The position numbers and the translations under genes are program-made. Under the pieces are notes generated by a model, which saw only the letters and a program-made list of their open reading frames with translations, was not told the origin of the DNA and did not search any database. A DNA stretch of 64,000 bases from a virus: the IMG/VR virus record IMGVR_UViG_3300036831_000148, positions 1-64,000 of that record, one strand, 5' to 3'. Positions 28,926-39,038 of this stretch are shown here, one piece after another. The stretch's first letter is position 1; each line of letters begins with the position of its first letter.

Positions 28926-30124
28926 CCGGGCGGGGCCGACTCGGGCTCGGCCTCCCGGCGGCAGGCGAACGCCTGGGCGGCTACCTCCGGGCCCGGCCCG
29001 GTCACCTGGTCACCGATCCGCCGGAACAGGCGCTCCGTCACCACTGACCAGTCGCACATCTGCGGGATGATCCGGCTGGCCAGGTCGCCCTTCATCTTCG
29101 CCTCGGCCCGGTTCGTCCAGATGTGCCAGATCACGTCCTTCAGGTGGGCGACGCTCACCCGCGCGTCGTGCGCCCCCCAGGGCTTGCCCTCGAACGTGGG
29201 GGCCAGGTCGTAGTCCAGCGGGTAGGCGTACTCGCCGTTCATCCACTGGGTGTGGCCGCCGAAGTTGGTGCCGGCCACCACCCCGCCGGTGGCCATGAAC
29301 TCCAGGGCCGGCAGGTTCTTGCCCTCGCCGCGGGAGGGGGCGAGCAGGCAGTGGCCAGCTGCGTAGAACTCGTCCAGCGTGCGCCGGTCGAACGCCTCCA
29401 CGAACACCCGGATCTTCTGCGGCTCGAACGGCGCGTTCAGTTCGGGGAACAGCTTGCCGGCCTGGCTGGTGTGCAGCGCCAGGGTGGCGCCCTCGAACTC
29501 GCTGCCCGCCTCGAACTTCAGCTCGTTGAACGCCTGGATCGAGGTCCACGGGCACTTCCGGTCGTTGAGGGCGCCGTGCATGATGAAGCCGAACCGGTCG
29601 CCGAACCAGTCGCGCTCCGCCGGCTTCCACTCGGCGGCGTCGAACCCGCCCTGCAGCACCCCGGAGTGCACCTTAGCCGGGATGTAGGGGGCAAGGGCGT
29701 CCAGGGACACCTGGTCGTAGCCCAGCACCAGGTCGTACCAGCGCAGCCGCTGCCTCAGCGTGCTGCGCTTCGGGCAGTGCGGCACCAGCCCGGACACGCC
29801 GAGCCCGTCCTTGCCGGGGCCTCCGGCGAACTCCCACATGGTCCAGGCGACCGCTACCCGCGAGCACTGCCGGGCCTCCGGCGTGATGCCCAGGTGCTCC
29901 GGGTCCCAGTGGTTGATGAGCAGGTCAAACGGCGCCCGCAGCTCCTTCGCGAGCAGCGGCAGCAGGTCGGGCGGCGCTGGCACGTCCACCCACATCGGCT
30001 GCAGGTACACGTCGCAGCCCCAGCGCATCAGCGCCCGGGCGAGTCCCCAGCCGTCGCGCCCGTACCCGCTGTACTCGCTGAACGGGCTCTTGATCAGTAC
30101 CTTGAGTGGTCGCGCTGCAGTCAC
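28910..30124 (-). CDS. Glycosyltransferase family 4 (GT-B)
   Basis: SGYGR, TMWE and PSRGEGKNLPALEFMATG motifs. Confidence 0.85.
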   Translation of the reverse strand: MTAARPLKVLIKSPFSEYSGYGRDGWGLARALMRWGCDVYLQPMWVDVPAPPDLLPLLAKELRAPFDLLINHWDPEHLGITPEARQCSRVAVAWTMWEFAGGPGKDGLGVSGLVPHCPKRSTLRQRLRWYDLVLGYDQVSLDALAPYIPAKVHSGVLQGGFDAAEWKPAERDWFGDRFGFIMHGALNDRKCPWTSIQAFNELKFEAGSEFEGATLALHTSQAGKLFPELNAPFEPQKIRVFVEAFDRRTLDEFYAAGHCLLAPSRGEGKNLPALEFMATGGVVAGTNFGGHTQWMNGEYAYPLDYDLAPTFEGKPWGAHDARVSVAHLKDVIWHIWTNRAEAKMKGDLASRIIPQMCDWSVVTERLFRRIGDQVTGPGPEVAAQAFACRREAEPESAPPGWPRQ

Positions 30125-30199
30125 CGGGAACCCCGCTTCCTTGTTGGCCGGCAGACACTGCACCCGGCCGGGCCGCACCGGTGACGCGGGCGCGGGTAA

Positions 30200-30724
30200 C
30201 TATTCGGTCGCATCTGACCAGCCCGTGAAGCCGACCCCGTAGTAGGCGGTGCCGCGCAGCAGCCAGTCGCCGTCGGTGACCGGCAGGAACTGGATGTCGG
30301 TGAGGAGCTGGCAGCCGATGGTGCACATGTCGCCCCAGAACACGGCGTCCGGGTCGGTGCGCTGCAAGTGGAAGTGAAGCGCGCTGAACACCGCCATGCC
30401 GCGGTTGGCGGTCAGCTCCGAGGTCTCCAGCGCGTTGGCGGAGGAATCGCGCACCGGGTCCACCCAGATGTCCACCCGCAGCCGGCGGAACCGGGCGGTG
30501 GCCATCGGTGCCGGGGAGTCCCAGCCGCCGAAGTCGGAGCACACCACGGCGGCGGCCGAGCTGCCCTCCATCACCTGCAGCACGCCCTGGCTGCTGTCGC
30601 TGAACAGCCACGGCTTGCCGGCGAACCCGGGATTCGGGTCGGTAACCGGGTAACCGCCCAGCAGGCTGGTGACGTCGCTGAACCCGGACAGGTACCTGAC
30701 CGCCCCGCTCGCGATGTCGTCCAC
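30200..30724 (-). CDS. Tail terminator protein
   Basis: Position in the neck module; RLRVDIWVD motif. Confidence 0.55.
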   Translation of the reverse strand: MDDIASGAVRYLSGFSDVTSLLGGYPVTDPNPGFAGKPWLFSDSSQGVLQVMEGSSAAAVVCSDFGGWDSPAPMATARFRRLRVDIWVDPVRDSSANALETSELTANRGMAVFSALHFHLQRTDPDAVFWGDMCTIGCQLLTDIQFLPVTDGDWLLRGTAYYGVGFTGWSDATE

Positions 30725-30730
30725 GCACGG

Positions 30731-31156
30731 CTAATCGCCACCGGAGGCGGGGCCGAGGCCGCCTGACGGCGCCAGCCCGCCCTTGTAGTCGGTCACCCAG
30801 TCCCAGAACGCCTGCCGGACCTTGCGCAGGAACAGCGGCCCGCCCGGGTCGAAGAAGTAGTGCCGGCCGGGGGCCGGGTGGTACCGGGTGGGCCGGTCGC
30901 CGCGGGCGAGCTCGTAGATGCCGGGGACCCGGGAGAAGTCAATCTCCCCCGACCAGGTGAACTTATCGAAGTTCGACTGCGGGTGGCCAGAGGCGAGCAG
31001 CGCGCCGGTGATGACGTGAACCCGCTCCTCGGTGATGCCGAAGCCCTCCAGCAGCGCCGCCTCCATCGCGGCGATCGTCCGCCCGTCCGGGCCTGCGGCC
31101 AGCCGGTCCAGCTCCCCGCCCGCGCCGTTCAGGTAGACGACGAAGTGCTCAGGCAC
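30731..31156 (-). CDS. Neck/tail completion protein (HK97 gp10-like)
   Basis: VHVITGALLASG...YELARG motif; position. Confidence 0.55.
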   Translation of the reverse strand: MPEHFVVYLNGAGGELDRLAAGPDGRTIAAMEAALLEGFGITEERVHVITGALLASGHPQSNFDKFTWSGEIDFSRVPGIYELARGDRPTRYHPAPGRHYFFDPGGPLFLRKVRQAFWDWVTDYKGGLAPSGGLGPASGGD

Positions 31157-31219
31157 GGGACCCCCCGAGTGCCCACGCGCAGGCCGGCTGGTCGTGGTGC
31201 AGGTGCCGCCACGGCGCGC

Positions 31220-31387
31220 TCACGGGCGCCACGGCTTCATGACCCGCAGCCGCCAGCGCCCTGCGGCTACGTACAGCGAGTCGTGCCCCCGGAACATGAA
31301 CCGGCGACGTGGCCTGGCCGCCAGCCAGATCCCGTTCTCCTTGCCGCGGCCCCAGTGCACGCCCCAGCGCAGGTCCGGCCTCTTCAC
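31220..31387 (-). CDS. Small basic hypothetical protein
   Basis: GTG coupled to the upstream stop. Confidence 0.35.
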   Translation of the reverse strand: MKRPDLRWGVHWGRGKENGIWLAARPRRRFMFRGHDSLYVAAGRWRLRVMKPWRP

Positions 31388-31881
31388 GGCGCCTTGCCCG
31401 GGTACGGGGTGGGAGAGCCGTGCCTCAGCATCTGGCTGACCTCGATCACCTGGGTCTCCACGTGGTGCGCGCCGGTCAGGTCCTGCGCCACCTCGGGGAT
31501 CAGCCGGACCTCGAAGGTGCCGAACACCGGCCCGGCCACGCACTTGAGCCGGTCCCCGGCCAGCACTAGCGGGACGCCCTCGCCATCGGTGGCCAGGTCA
31601 AAGTAGCAAACCCCGGTCCGGTCAGGCGCGCGCCCGGCGACGATCGGCGCGGGCTGGTCCTTGCCGGGCCGCAGGAACGTCAGGTCCAGCCGACACTTCA
31701 GCAGGCCCGGCTCACTGACCACCGGGTCCACCACCGTCGTCACCGGGTTCCAGGCGAACGTCATCGCCCCGGCCGGGCCGAGCGACGGGTCCAGCCGGAG
31801 CACCTGGCAGGTGGAGGTGTAGAACATCCGGATCCCTGCCTGGCCCGGCGCGAACGGGACGTAGGGCTGCGGGGTGGTCAC
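31384..31881 (-). CDS. Head-to-tail stopper/closure protein
   Basis: AGDRLKC...HHVETQVIE motif; position. Confidence 0.6.
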   Translation of the reverse strand: MTTPQPYVPFAPGQAGIRMFYTSTCQVLRLDPSLGPAGAMTFAWNPVTTVVDPVVSEPGLLKCRLDLTFLRPGKDQPAPIVAGRAPDRTGVCYFDLATDGEGVPLVLAGDRLKCVAGPVFGTFEVRLIPEVAQDLTGAHHVETQVIEVSQMLRHGSPTPYPGKAP

Positions 31882-31884
31882 GCC

Positions 31885-32175
31885 CTAGTGATCGGAGCCG
31901 TCCCCCAGGGGCGGGACCGGCGGGCGCCTCGTCATCGTGAGCGGGGCGCGGCCAGGCCGGGCCTGCAGGTGAATGACCAGGCTCATTTCCCGGGTCGGCC
32001 TCAGTTCGACCTCGGGTACCACCTGAACGTCCACCAGGTGACCGCCCCAGTCCACCTCGGCGTCAACCCGCAGCTCCGCGCCCTCGGCCACGACAGAAGA
32101 CCCGTCCGGGTAGTACAGGTAGACCGCTACCCGGGTAACCATCTGGCGGAGGCCAGGGTCAAGCGGGAACGTCAC
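31885..32175 (-). CDS. Hypothetical protein
   Basis: ORF coupled to the upstream membrane ORF; start uncertain. Confidence 0.35.
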   Translation of the reverse strand: MTFPLDPGLRQMVTRVAVYLYYPDGSSVVAEGAELRVDAEVDWGGHLVDVQVVPEVELRPTREMSLVIHLQARPGRAPLTMTRRPPVPPLGDGSDH

Positions 32176-32312
32176 CAGTTGACCGTACCGTGCAGGGCCA
32201 GGCTGAAGAGGATGAACAGCGCCGTGAAAACCCCAGCCAGTACGAGCAGGCACAGCAGGTCGCGGCCGAGCCGCCACCACGGGCCGTGCTCAGGGAAACC
32301 CCGGTGAGCCAT
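32172..32312 (-). CDS. Small membrane protein
   Basis: Single TM helix LLCLLVLAGVFTALFILFSLAL. Confidence 0.4.
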   Translation of the reverse strand: MAHRGFPEHGPWWRLGRDLLCLLVLAGVFTALFILFSLALHGTVNW

Positions 32313-32427
32313 AAAACCACCTGCCAGCCGCGCCCGTGAAAGAGGTTCCACACCTTGCCGTGCACGCCCTCGGGCCAGTACCACTGGGTCGCCCAGCCCG
32401 CCGGCGCGATGAACTCCCAGAAATCCC

Positions 32428-32880
32428 TCACGACACGGGAATCGGAGTGTACCTCTTCACCGGGATGCCCAGGGCCTTCGCGAGCCGGGAGCAGTGCTTC
32501 GTCCCGTGCGTGACGTGAAACGGCCAGCCGGGGTCGGCCGGCTTGCCCCGGCACTCCGCCCGCTCGCAGGGCAGGCCGAACGCCACGCAGCCCCACGCGC
32601 CCAGACGGGCCATCTCCTCGTTGCGCCGGATGCCCGCCATGCCGTCGAACCGGCCGCCCGGGTACCAGTCCGCCGGGTGGCGCTCCACCCCGCCGCCCAG
32701 GTACTCGTCCCAGAACGTCTCGCACAGCAGGTCGGCGCCGCGCGGGCAGGCCCCGCTGACCAGGAGGATGTCCGGGTCAAAGTCCCATGCCCTCTTGAGC
32801 GGGCGCCGGATGATCCCGAAGTCGTCCCAGTCCTGCGACCCGGTAACCAGCAGGCGCCGCCGGGGCTCAGCCATTCCCAT
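32428..32880 (-). CDS. DUF2493/YspA-like SLOG family protein
   Basis: LLVTGSQDW...VSGACPRGAD...HPADW...GIRRNEEM. Confidence 0.75.
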   Translation of the reverse strand: MGMAEPRRRLLVTGSQDWDDFGIIRRPLKRAWDFDPDILLVSGACPRGADLLCETFWDEYLGGGVERHPADWYPGGRFDGMAGIRRNEEMARLGAWGCVAFGLPCERAECRGKPADPGWPFHVTHGTKHCSRLAKALGIPVKRYTPIPVS

Positions 32881-32894
32881 GCCCGTTACTACGC

Positions 32895-33473
32895 CTAGCC
32901 CGGGTCCGCCGGGAACATCTCCGAGCTGATGCTGAAGAACTGCATGTCGATCTTGTCGTGGTCAGCCGGCCCGACCAGCACCATCCGCTGCTCGCGCGGG
33001 TCCCACTTGACGTAGGCGAGGTCATCGCGCCCGTAGTGCTCAAAGCCGGTGAGCTGGCCGAAGAACACGCCGGTCATCTGCTGGCGCCGGGCAAGCCGCC
33101 GGATCGCCAGGTCGAACATGGGCACGCCGGTCTGCTCGGACGTGACCTCGATCGCCTGCGCGTTGCGGGCCATCTCCTGCACCGGCTTGCTGTAGGAGTA
33201 GGAGCCGATCTCCTCGTTCTGCAGCGGCGACGCAATCACCTGCTGGTACGGGAACCGCAGGTAGAGCCAGTCCGCCATTGACATGACGCCCATCTTGGCG
33301 AGCAACTGGAGGTCTGCCTGCATCCCGGGGTAGTCGTCGGCCCCCAGTTCCGCCAGGATCGTGAACATCATGGTCGCCTGCAGCAGCGCGCTGTTCACGT
33401 AGCCGGTGTAGCTGCCCACCGGGCGCCCGGTGAACTCGGCGAGCTCAGCCGGGGTGGGGACGGGCCAGGTCAC
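32895..33473 (-). CDS. Head-to-tail adaptor protein
   Basis: ELAEFTGR...EEIGSYSYSK motif; first gene of the neck module. Confidence 0.65.
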   Translation of the reverse strand: MTWPVPTPAELAEFTGRPVGSYTGYVNSALLQATMMFTILAELGADDYPGMQADLQLLAKMGVMSMADWLYLRFPYQQVIASPLQNEEIGSYSYSKPVQEMARNAQAIEVTSEQTGVPMFDLAIRRLARRQQMTGVFFGQLTGFEHYGRDDLAYVKWDPREQRMVLVGPADHDKIDMQFFSISSEMFPADPG

Positions 33474-33670
33474 GGCTCCTCCAGCCCGAGCAGCCGCCTG
33501 ACCTCCGTGACGAACCGCTGCGCCGCCTCGGTAAGCCGGCCCTCGGCCCAGGTAACGTCCAGGTCGCCGTCCTGCCGCGTGATGCGCAGCAGGTGCGTCC
33601 CGTCGTCGTCCATGATGACGACCGACGGCAGCGGGGGCGGCTCGAAGTCAGCCCAGGTGTACGCGGTCAC
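33470..33670 (-). CDS. Hypothetical small protein
   Basis: Coupled GTGA overlaps on both sides. Confidence 0.45.
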   Translation of the reverse strand: MTAYTWADFEPPPLPSVVIMDDDGTHLLRITRQDGDLDVTWAEGRLTEAAQRFVTEVRRLLGLEEP

Positions 33671-34395
33671 CGCTGCCCCGCGAACGCCAACTGGGCGAGC
33701 TCGTGGCCCGCGTCCAGCACCAGGGCCTGCCCGCTGCCCTGCGCGGACAAGTGCATGGCGTGCACCCGGCTGCCGGTGCTGGCCCACAGCACCTGCACCC
33801 GGCCGTCGCCGGACCCGCGCGGCGCCACCGGGACCACGGCGGCCTGGTGGCCCTCGGAATCAGTGACGAACAGGTTGAAGTCGGCGTGCTTGAACGTCTC
33901 TATGTCCGTGATCGGGGCCGGGTAATGGTGCACCCCGCCGCCGTGCGGCAGGACCCCGGTGTGCGCCGCCGCGGGCAGCGGCACGCTGGCGTTGCAGATG
34001 CTGTCGGTCCACCGCGCCACCCCGGCCGCGTCGGTGACCGGCGCGTCCAGCAGGTCCCGGATGCCCAGTTCCTCAGCCGACCCGGGGAACGCCGCGTACA
34101 GCCGGCGCGCGTTGGCGCGGAGCAGGTCCACCCGCGCCGGGTCGGCGCAGAACTGCGCGCTCCACTCGATGCCCGCCAGGTTGCGGACCAGGAACCAGCC
34201 GTCCGCGTCCTTCACCCACAGCCCGCCGCCGTGGTGGTCCTGGACCGGCTCCGGGCCGTAGAAGGTCCCCCCGGCGGCCAGGTGGTGCATCTCCGCCCGC
34301 GCGGCCCGGTACTCGCCGGAGTCGCGCCGCGGCGGGTGGTCGGGGATCTCCACGTCCCAGCCGTGGTCCTCGTGCTCGACGTGCTCGCCGCTCAT
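33667..34395 (-). CDS. DUF6424-like actinobacterial protein
   Basis: DHHGGGLWV...GIEWSAQFCADP...WTDSICNASVPL motifs; family name from recall only. Confidence 0.55.
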   Translation of the reverse strand: MSGEHVEHEDHGWDVEIPDHPPRRDSGEYRAARAEMHHLAAGGTFYGPEPVQDHHGGGLWVKDADGWFLVRNLAGIEWSAQFCADPARVDLLRANARRLYAAFPGSAEELGIRDLLDAPVTDAAGVARWTDSICNASVPLPAAAHTGVLPHGGGVHHYPAPITDIETFKHADFNLFVTDSEGHQAAVVPVAPRGSGDGRVQVLWASTGSRVHAMHLSAQGSGQALVLDAGHELAQLAFAGQR

Positions 34396-34548
34396 GGCGG
34401 GGCAATCGGCGGGGGAGCCTTAACTCAGCCGGACCCGGCAGCAGGCCCCCGTGGTTACCAGAGCGCGGCCCCGGCCCGCAGTGACGGCCGGGCCCAGGCG
34501 TTTGTCAGGCCCGGAGCCGGAAGCTGGTCCGGGCTCCCCCGCTTCCAG

Positions 34549-35799
34549 TCAGGGTACCCCGGCCGCCATCAGCAGGCCGGACCCTGGCAGGGCAAGCTGA
34601 ACCTCCAGGTCCACCCAGTCGTTTTCGGGAGCATCCCAGTTGCCGGGGAACGCCCATGCCGTGTTCGGGCCCTCGAAAGCGCCCTGCAGCGGCGTGCCGC
34701 CCACGGTAGACGGCGCTGACAGCGGGCCGTTGCCCAGCCCGTTCGCCCCGAGGGCCAGCGCGCTGCCGCTGATCCCGCCCGAGCCCCAGAACGGGATGCT
34801 GTAGCTGCGCCAGAGGCTTCCCCCGGCGGTCCACACGGCCGGAATCAGGTTGCGGCCGGCGGGGAGCGTCACGCCGCTCGCCGAGTAGTCGGCGTACACC
34901 CACCCGCTGCCCGCGGACGCCGTGCCGCCGCCCTCGGCCTTCCAGGCCGGCGATGTCTTGTCCGTCCCGGCCACCACCGCCTGCGTGGTCGTGTCCCAGA
35001 CGGCGCAGCGGCTCGGCAGGACCTGCGCGCCCTGGCCGGACAGGAACCACAGCCGCACCGGGCTGCACGGCGCCGACAGCGAGACCGTGTTGCCCACCGC
35101 GTAGCCGTCGTCGTCCTGCACCGCGTTGAAGTCCAGCGAGTTCCCCAGCCCCCAGCCCTCAAGGCTCGGGAACAGGCGGTAGGTCGCCCCGGCCGGCGCC
35201 TGGTCGGTGACCTGCACGTCCAGCCACGACAGGAACGCGCCGTCGTCGCTGGCGGGGAACGCCACGGTCGGGTCGGAGCCGGCGATGGAGAAGCAGCTCT
35301 GCACGCTGCCGAACGGGTCCGGGCGGCTGCCGCTGGTGTGGCTGAACGCGGTGAGCAGCCCGTTGACGATGCCCGCCGAGTAGGGGTCGCCGCTGCCCCA
35401 CTGGGCGTTGGAGAGGGGGAACCCGGCACCGGTTGACGTCATGCCGGTCGCGGCGATGTACGACCAGCCGCGGGTGAGCGGGATGGGCGACGGCAGCGGG
35501 ACGAAGTTCATGCCGGCCGCCAGCGTCCCCGAGGTGACCACCGATGAGGGGATCACGCTGGCCGAGTGGCCTGCCCCGTCGATGTTCTCCGACCAGATGC
35601 AGAACTTCTGCGCGGCCGTGGCCTGCCCGCTCGCCACCCACCACCAGTAGCCCTGCAGCCAGGCGGTGCCGGTGACCTTGTACGCGGTCCCGGCGACGTA
35701 GCCGCCGGTGAAGGACGTCGGCGTCGCCGGCGGCTGGGTGCCTGACGAGCCGACCCCGGGCCGGCCGGCGACGCCGTCAAGCAGGCGGTAGGTGGTCAC
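34549..35799 (-). CDS. Virion accessory protein with two DUF4082-like beta-sandwich repeats
   Basis: Two repeats each beginning YRL(L/F); G..F.PLP.PI.L..G..Y and WxD.xV motifs. Confidence 0.55.
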   Translation of the reverse strand: MTTYRLLDGVAGRPGVGSSGTQPPATPTSFTGGYVAGTAYKVTGTAWLQGYWWWVASGQATAAQKFCIWSENIDGAGHSASVIPSSVVTSGTLAAGMNFVPLPSPIPLTRGWSYIAATGMTSTGAGFPLSNAQWGSGDPYSAGIVNGLLTAFSHTSGSRPDPFGSVQSCFSIAGSDPTVAFPASDDGAFLSWLDVQVTDQAPAGATYRLFPSLEGWGLGNSLDFNAVQDDDGYAVGNTVSLSAPCSPVRLWFLSGQGAQVLPSRCAVWDTTTQAVVAGTDKTSPAWKAEGGGTASAGSGWVYADYSASGVTLPAGRNLIPAVWTAGGSLWRSYSIPFWGSGGISGSALALGANGLGNGPLSAPSTVGGTPLQGAFEGPNTAWAFPGNWDAPENDWVDLEVQLALPGSGLLMAAGVP

Positions 35800-36786
35800 C
35801 TAGAAGCCCGTCGCCGAGCCGAGGTACATCCACTGGCTCTTGGCGCTGTCGTAGTCGAACGCCGCCAGGTCGCAGGCGCTCGCCGCCGAGGACAGCACGG
35901 GGGCCGAGCCGCCGCCGAAGTTGTAGCCGCCGGCGCCGGAGGCCCAGGTGAGCGTGAACGGGCCGCCGCTGGACGGCTGGCGCACCCGGAAGGTGAGCCG
36001 CTGCGCGTTCACCGGGTTGGACGGCGCGCCCATCGCCCGGTTGCCGCCGAGCGTGACATCAGCCTCGTTGCCGAGCGCGGCGTTGACCAGGATGGTCGCC
36101 GCGTCGGTGAGGCCGAACACCCGCGGGGACAGCTCCGCGCCGAGCGTCCCGCCGCCAGACGCCAGCAGGTCCGCCAGCAGGGCGGCGAGCGAGGAGGCCG
36201 AGGTCCCGGTGCCGCCGTCCAGCGTGCTGACCGGGCTGCCGGACGTCGGCTGCAGGCTGGCAGCATAGGCCTCCGCCGCCGTCTGCGCGCTGGCTGCCGC
36301 GCCCGACTGGTCAGCGCCCACCTGGGCGTAGGTGTAGTCGCCGGACTGCGCCGTCACCGCGCCGCTGCGCCCGAACACGCTGGCCACCGCGCCGCCTCCG
36401 GCCGCCGCCGCAGTGTTGGCCAGGGCGTACAGGTCCACCGTGCCGTCGTACGGGGACGCGCCGTACACCGACCAGGGCAGGAAGAACTCCCACTCGTCAG
36501 CGTCGGCGCCGGCCAGGCTGACCGACACCTCCCAGCACCAGAACCCGGTGCGGGACTCCAGCACCAGGCCGGCGTTGTCGGTGGCCAGCAGCCGTAGCGC
36601 CGCGCCCGCCGAGGTCACAAGCTGCCCGCCGGAGATCGCCGCCGTGACCGGCACGCCCGGGGTGACCAGCGGGACCCCGGAAGAGTACACCGGCTGGCTG
36701 GGGGTGAAGGTGGCCGTGCCCGTCAGCGGGGCGCCGGTGCCGTCGGCGAACGTCCCGGTTACCGTGACGTAGTTCAGCGTGGTCAC
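35800..36786 (-). CDS. Head/tail fibre-like structural protein
   Basis: VASVFGRSGAV repeat; C-terminal LGGNR.MGAP.N...QR.TF.V.Q motif. Confidence 0.6.
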   Translation of the reverse strand: MTTLNYVTVTGTFADGTGAPLTGTATFTPSQPVYSSGVPLVTPGVPVTAAISGGQLVTSAGAALRLLATDNAGLVLESRTGFWCWEVSVSLAGADADEWEFFLPWSVYGASPYDGTVDLYALANTAAAAGGGAVASVFGRSGAVTAQSGDYTYAQVGADQSGAAASAQTAAEAYAASLQPTSGSPVSTLDGGTGTSASSLAALLADLLASGGGTLGAELSPRVFGLTDAATILVNAALGNEADVTLGGNRAMGAPSNPVNAQRLTFRVRQPSSGGPFTLTWASGAGGYNFGGGSAPVLSSAASACDLAAFDYDSAKSQWMYLGSATGF

Positions 36787-36807
36787 GACAGGTTAATCGC
36801 CCCGGGG

Positions 36808-37503
36808 TCAGCCGAACGCGGGGGCGGGGACTGCCCGGCCGCGGCGCGCCTCGGCCTGGTCGGCCGCGCGCAGCTCCGCCTCCGTCGGCCCGGAGAACCG
36901 GGTCTTGGCCCCGTCCGGGCCGGTGACGGTGATCTGCTCGAACGACCCGAGGGCGTCGGCGTAGGACCGCCGGCCGGGCCACGGCCCGAAGTCGAACTTC
37001 TGCTCTCCCCAGCGGTCCACTTGCTGGTACCGGTCCAGGGTGATCCAGCCGAGCGCCTCGGCCCAGCGCGGGTGATCCGGGCCGATCGCCAGCTCCTGGC
37101 CGCGGTACCAGACCTGGCCGAACGCGGTCAGCCCGTCAGCCACGAAGTGGATCAGCACCGCCTCGCCCTCAGCCGGGACGAACTGCTGGGGGGCGCGCTC
37201 GAACCGCGCGGCGGCCGCCACCGCCTCGGCGTGCGCCCGCTCGCGCTCTGCCTTCTCCGCCGGGGAGAGCTCCGTCGCCGGGCGCGGGCGCATCGGCTCG
37301 CCGGCCACCGGGAGCTGCGCGCCCATCGGCACGCCGCACGCGGCGCAGAACCGGGAGTCCCGGTGGTTCTCGTGCCCGAGGGCACAGCGGGTGAGCTCGC
37401 CAGCCGGGGCGGTAATCTCACCCGGGCCGGCGGCACTGGGCCGCAGCCTCTCGGAAGCCGCCACCACGTCAACGACGGCCTGCGGGCCGCTGAGTCCTGC
37501 CAT
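36808..37503 (-). CDS. Zinc-ribbon-containing hypothetical protein
   Basis: CxxGH...FCxxCG; ATG lies 8 nt after the CGATT motif. Confidence 0.6.
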   Translation of the reverse strand: MAGLSGPQAVVDVVAASERLRPSAAGPGEITAPAGELTRCALGHENHRDSRFCAACGVPMGAQLPVAGEPMRPRPATELSPAEKAERERAHAEAVAAAARFERAPQQFVPAEGEAVLIHFVADGLTAFGQVWYRGQELAIGPDHPRWAEALGWITLDRYQQVDRWGEQKFDFGPWPGRRSYADALGSFEQITVTGPDGAKTRFSGPTEAELRAADQAEARRGRAVPAPAFG

Positions 37504-37773
37504 GCGGGGGGAATCGGCGGACGCAAAAGGGACCGCGCCCGAAGCACGGTCCCCCTGCGGCACAAACACGGCAGATCCTGGCGGGATCCGGTACTCACGT
37601 TACCCGGAAATCGGGAGGGACGGCTAGCGGCTCTGCCCGAAGATCCTCGTCGCGGCCTGAGACCGCGTATCCCGTTCCGGGCCAGCTTTGGCCTCCGCCC
37701 CTCCCTCATTCCCGGTGCCGGGTCCGGGTGGGTGGTCCCGTGCCGCGGCACACCTGTTACTACGCCCGGGCGC

Positions 37774-37811
37774 GGAGAAGCCCCCGGGCTACCGTTCCGG
37801 GGGCTTCTCCA
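37774..37811 (-). terminator. Hairpin terminator after the major capsid gene
   Basis: GGAGAAGCCCC...GGGGCTTCTCC inverted repeat. Confidence 0.6.
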
Positions 37812-37835
37812 GGCTCAGCGAGAGCTACCTGCAGG

Positions 37836-39038
37836 CTAGTCGATGTTGCCGCTTCCCGCAGCGTTGCCGACCGATCCGGCCCAGTAGCCGGCCGGGACGG
37901 AGCTGCCGTTGGAGACGATGTTGGTGGCGACCAGCATCTGCTCCGGGCGGGTGATGATCGGGAGAAGGTGCCACTCAAGCAGGTACTGACGGGCGCTCGG
38001 GTCCTTCTCCTTCCACGTCTTCGCGTACTTCCCGGTGAAGCCGGACGGCGCCTCGTCGTCGGCGGTAGGGCCGATCAGGACTTCCACCGGCCGCTGGTCG
38101 GTGTAGTTCCCGAGGTAAAGCTGCCCGTCCGGCACGAAGAAGGTCAGGTACCCGAGGTCAGATTCGAACACCTGCTCCACGGTCGTCCAGGTGAGGCCCA
38201 TGAAGCCGGTCATGATGCCGGTCGAGTAGAACTCGTCCTTCATCCGGTCGGACAGCATGGTCGCCGGGATGGACACGGTGGACGCCTGGGTGGCCGACAC
38301 CCACGCCTCCATCAGCGCCATCATCGTCACCGAGGTAGCGAAGACCTCCTTCGCCGGCACCCGGCCGTGCACCTGCAGCAGCCGCTTCCAGGACCGCACG
38401 TCCTCCAGGATGGAGACCGGGGTCGCGTAGGTGATGGTGCCGCCGGTGGCGTTCAGCCGGGTGTTGGCCTGGCCGAGGGTGGCCGCGTTGCCCGGGGTGC
38501 CGGAGCCGGCCCCGCCGGTGGTGTAGTAGGCGAGGGCGGTGTTGGTCACCCACGCGGTCGCCGGCGTCACGAAGTGGCTGGCCGGGAACTTGTAGTCCAC
38601 CACGGCCTGGACGTCGGAGTAGTTGTAGGTGATGCCGCCGCCCAGCGCCTGCCAGATCGACCACTCCGCGAAATTATCGAACCTCTGGTTGAGGTCGTTG
38701 ATCTCGCGCAGCACCGCCTGCTCGGCGTTGATCCGGGCGATCTCGCCCGGGGTGCGCAGCCAGTGCAGGGTGGTCGGCTCGAAGACCTTCTTCTCGCGCA
38801 GGTAGATGAAGGCCGCGGACTCCTGGCTCCGGCCGAGGCGCGAGATGATGTGCGCCTCGGAGTTGGGCACGTTCGGCTTGGCGACCGCGCGAGAGCCCTT
38901 CACCACGTCCCAGGTGGCGCTCGGGAACGGCCACGGGGTCTGGTCTAGCCGGTTGAGCATCAGGAGGGTCTCGGGGGTGACGAACTTCTCTACCACCCCG
39001 CGCAGGACCACGGGCTCAAGGAGGCTGATGTCTGGCAC
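37836..39038 (-). CDS. Major capsid protein (lambda E-like family)
   Basis: About 400 aa; follows protease and decoration genes; AEW...QAL.G, KTW.EKDPS and LP motifs; AGAGG RBS. Confidence 0.85.
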   Translation of the reverse strand: MPDISLLEPVVLRGVVEKFVTPETLLMLNRLDQTPWPFPSATWDVVKGSRAVAKPNVPNSEAHIISRLGRSQESAAFIYLREKKVFEPTTLHWLRTPGEIARINAEQAVLREINDLNQRFDNFAEWSIWQALGGGITYNYSDVQAVVDYKFPASHFVTPATAWVTNTALAYYTTGGAGSGTPGNAATLGQANTRLNATGGTITYATPVSILEDVRSWKRLLQVHGRVPAKEVFATSVTMMALMEAWVSATQASTVSIPATMLSDRMKDEFYSTGIMTGFMGLTWTTVEQVFESDLGYLTFFVPDGQLYLGNYTDQRPVEVLIGPTADDEAPSGFTGKYAKTWKEKDPSARQYLLEWHLLPIITRPEQMLVATNIVSNGSSVPAGYWAGSVGNAAGSGNID

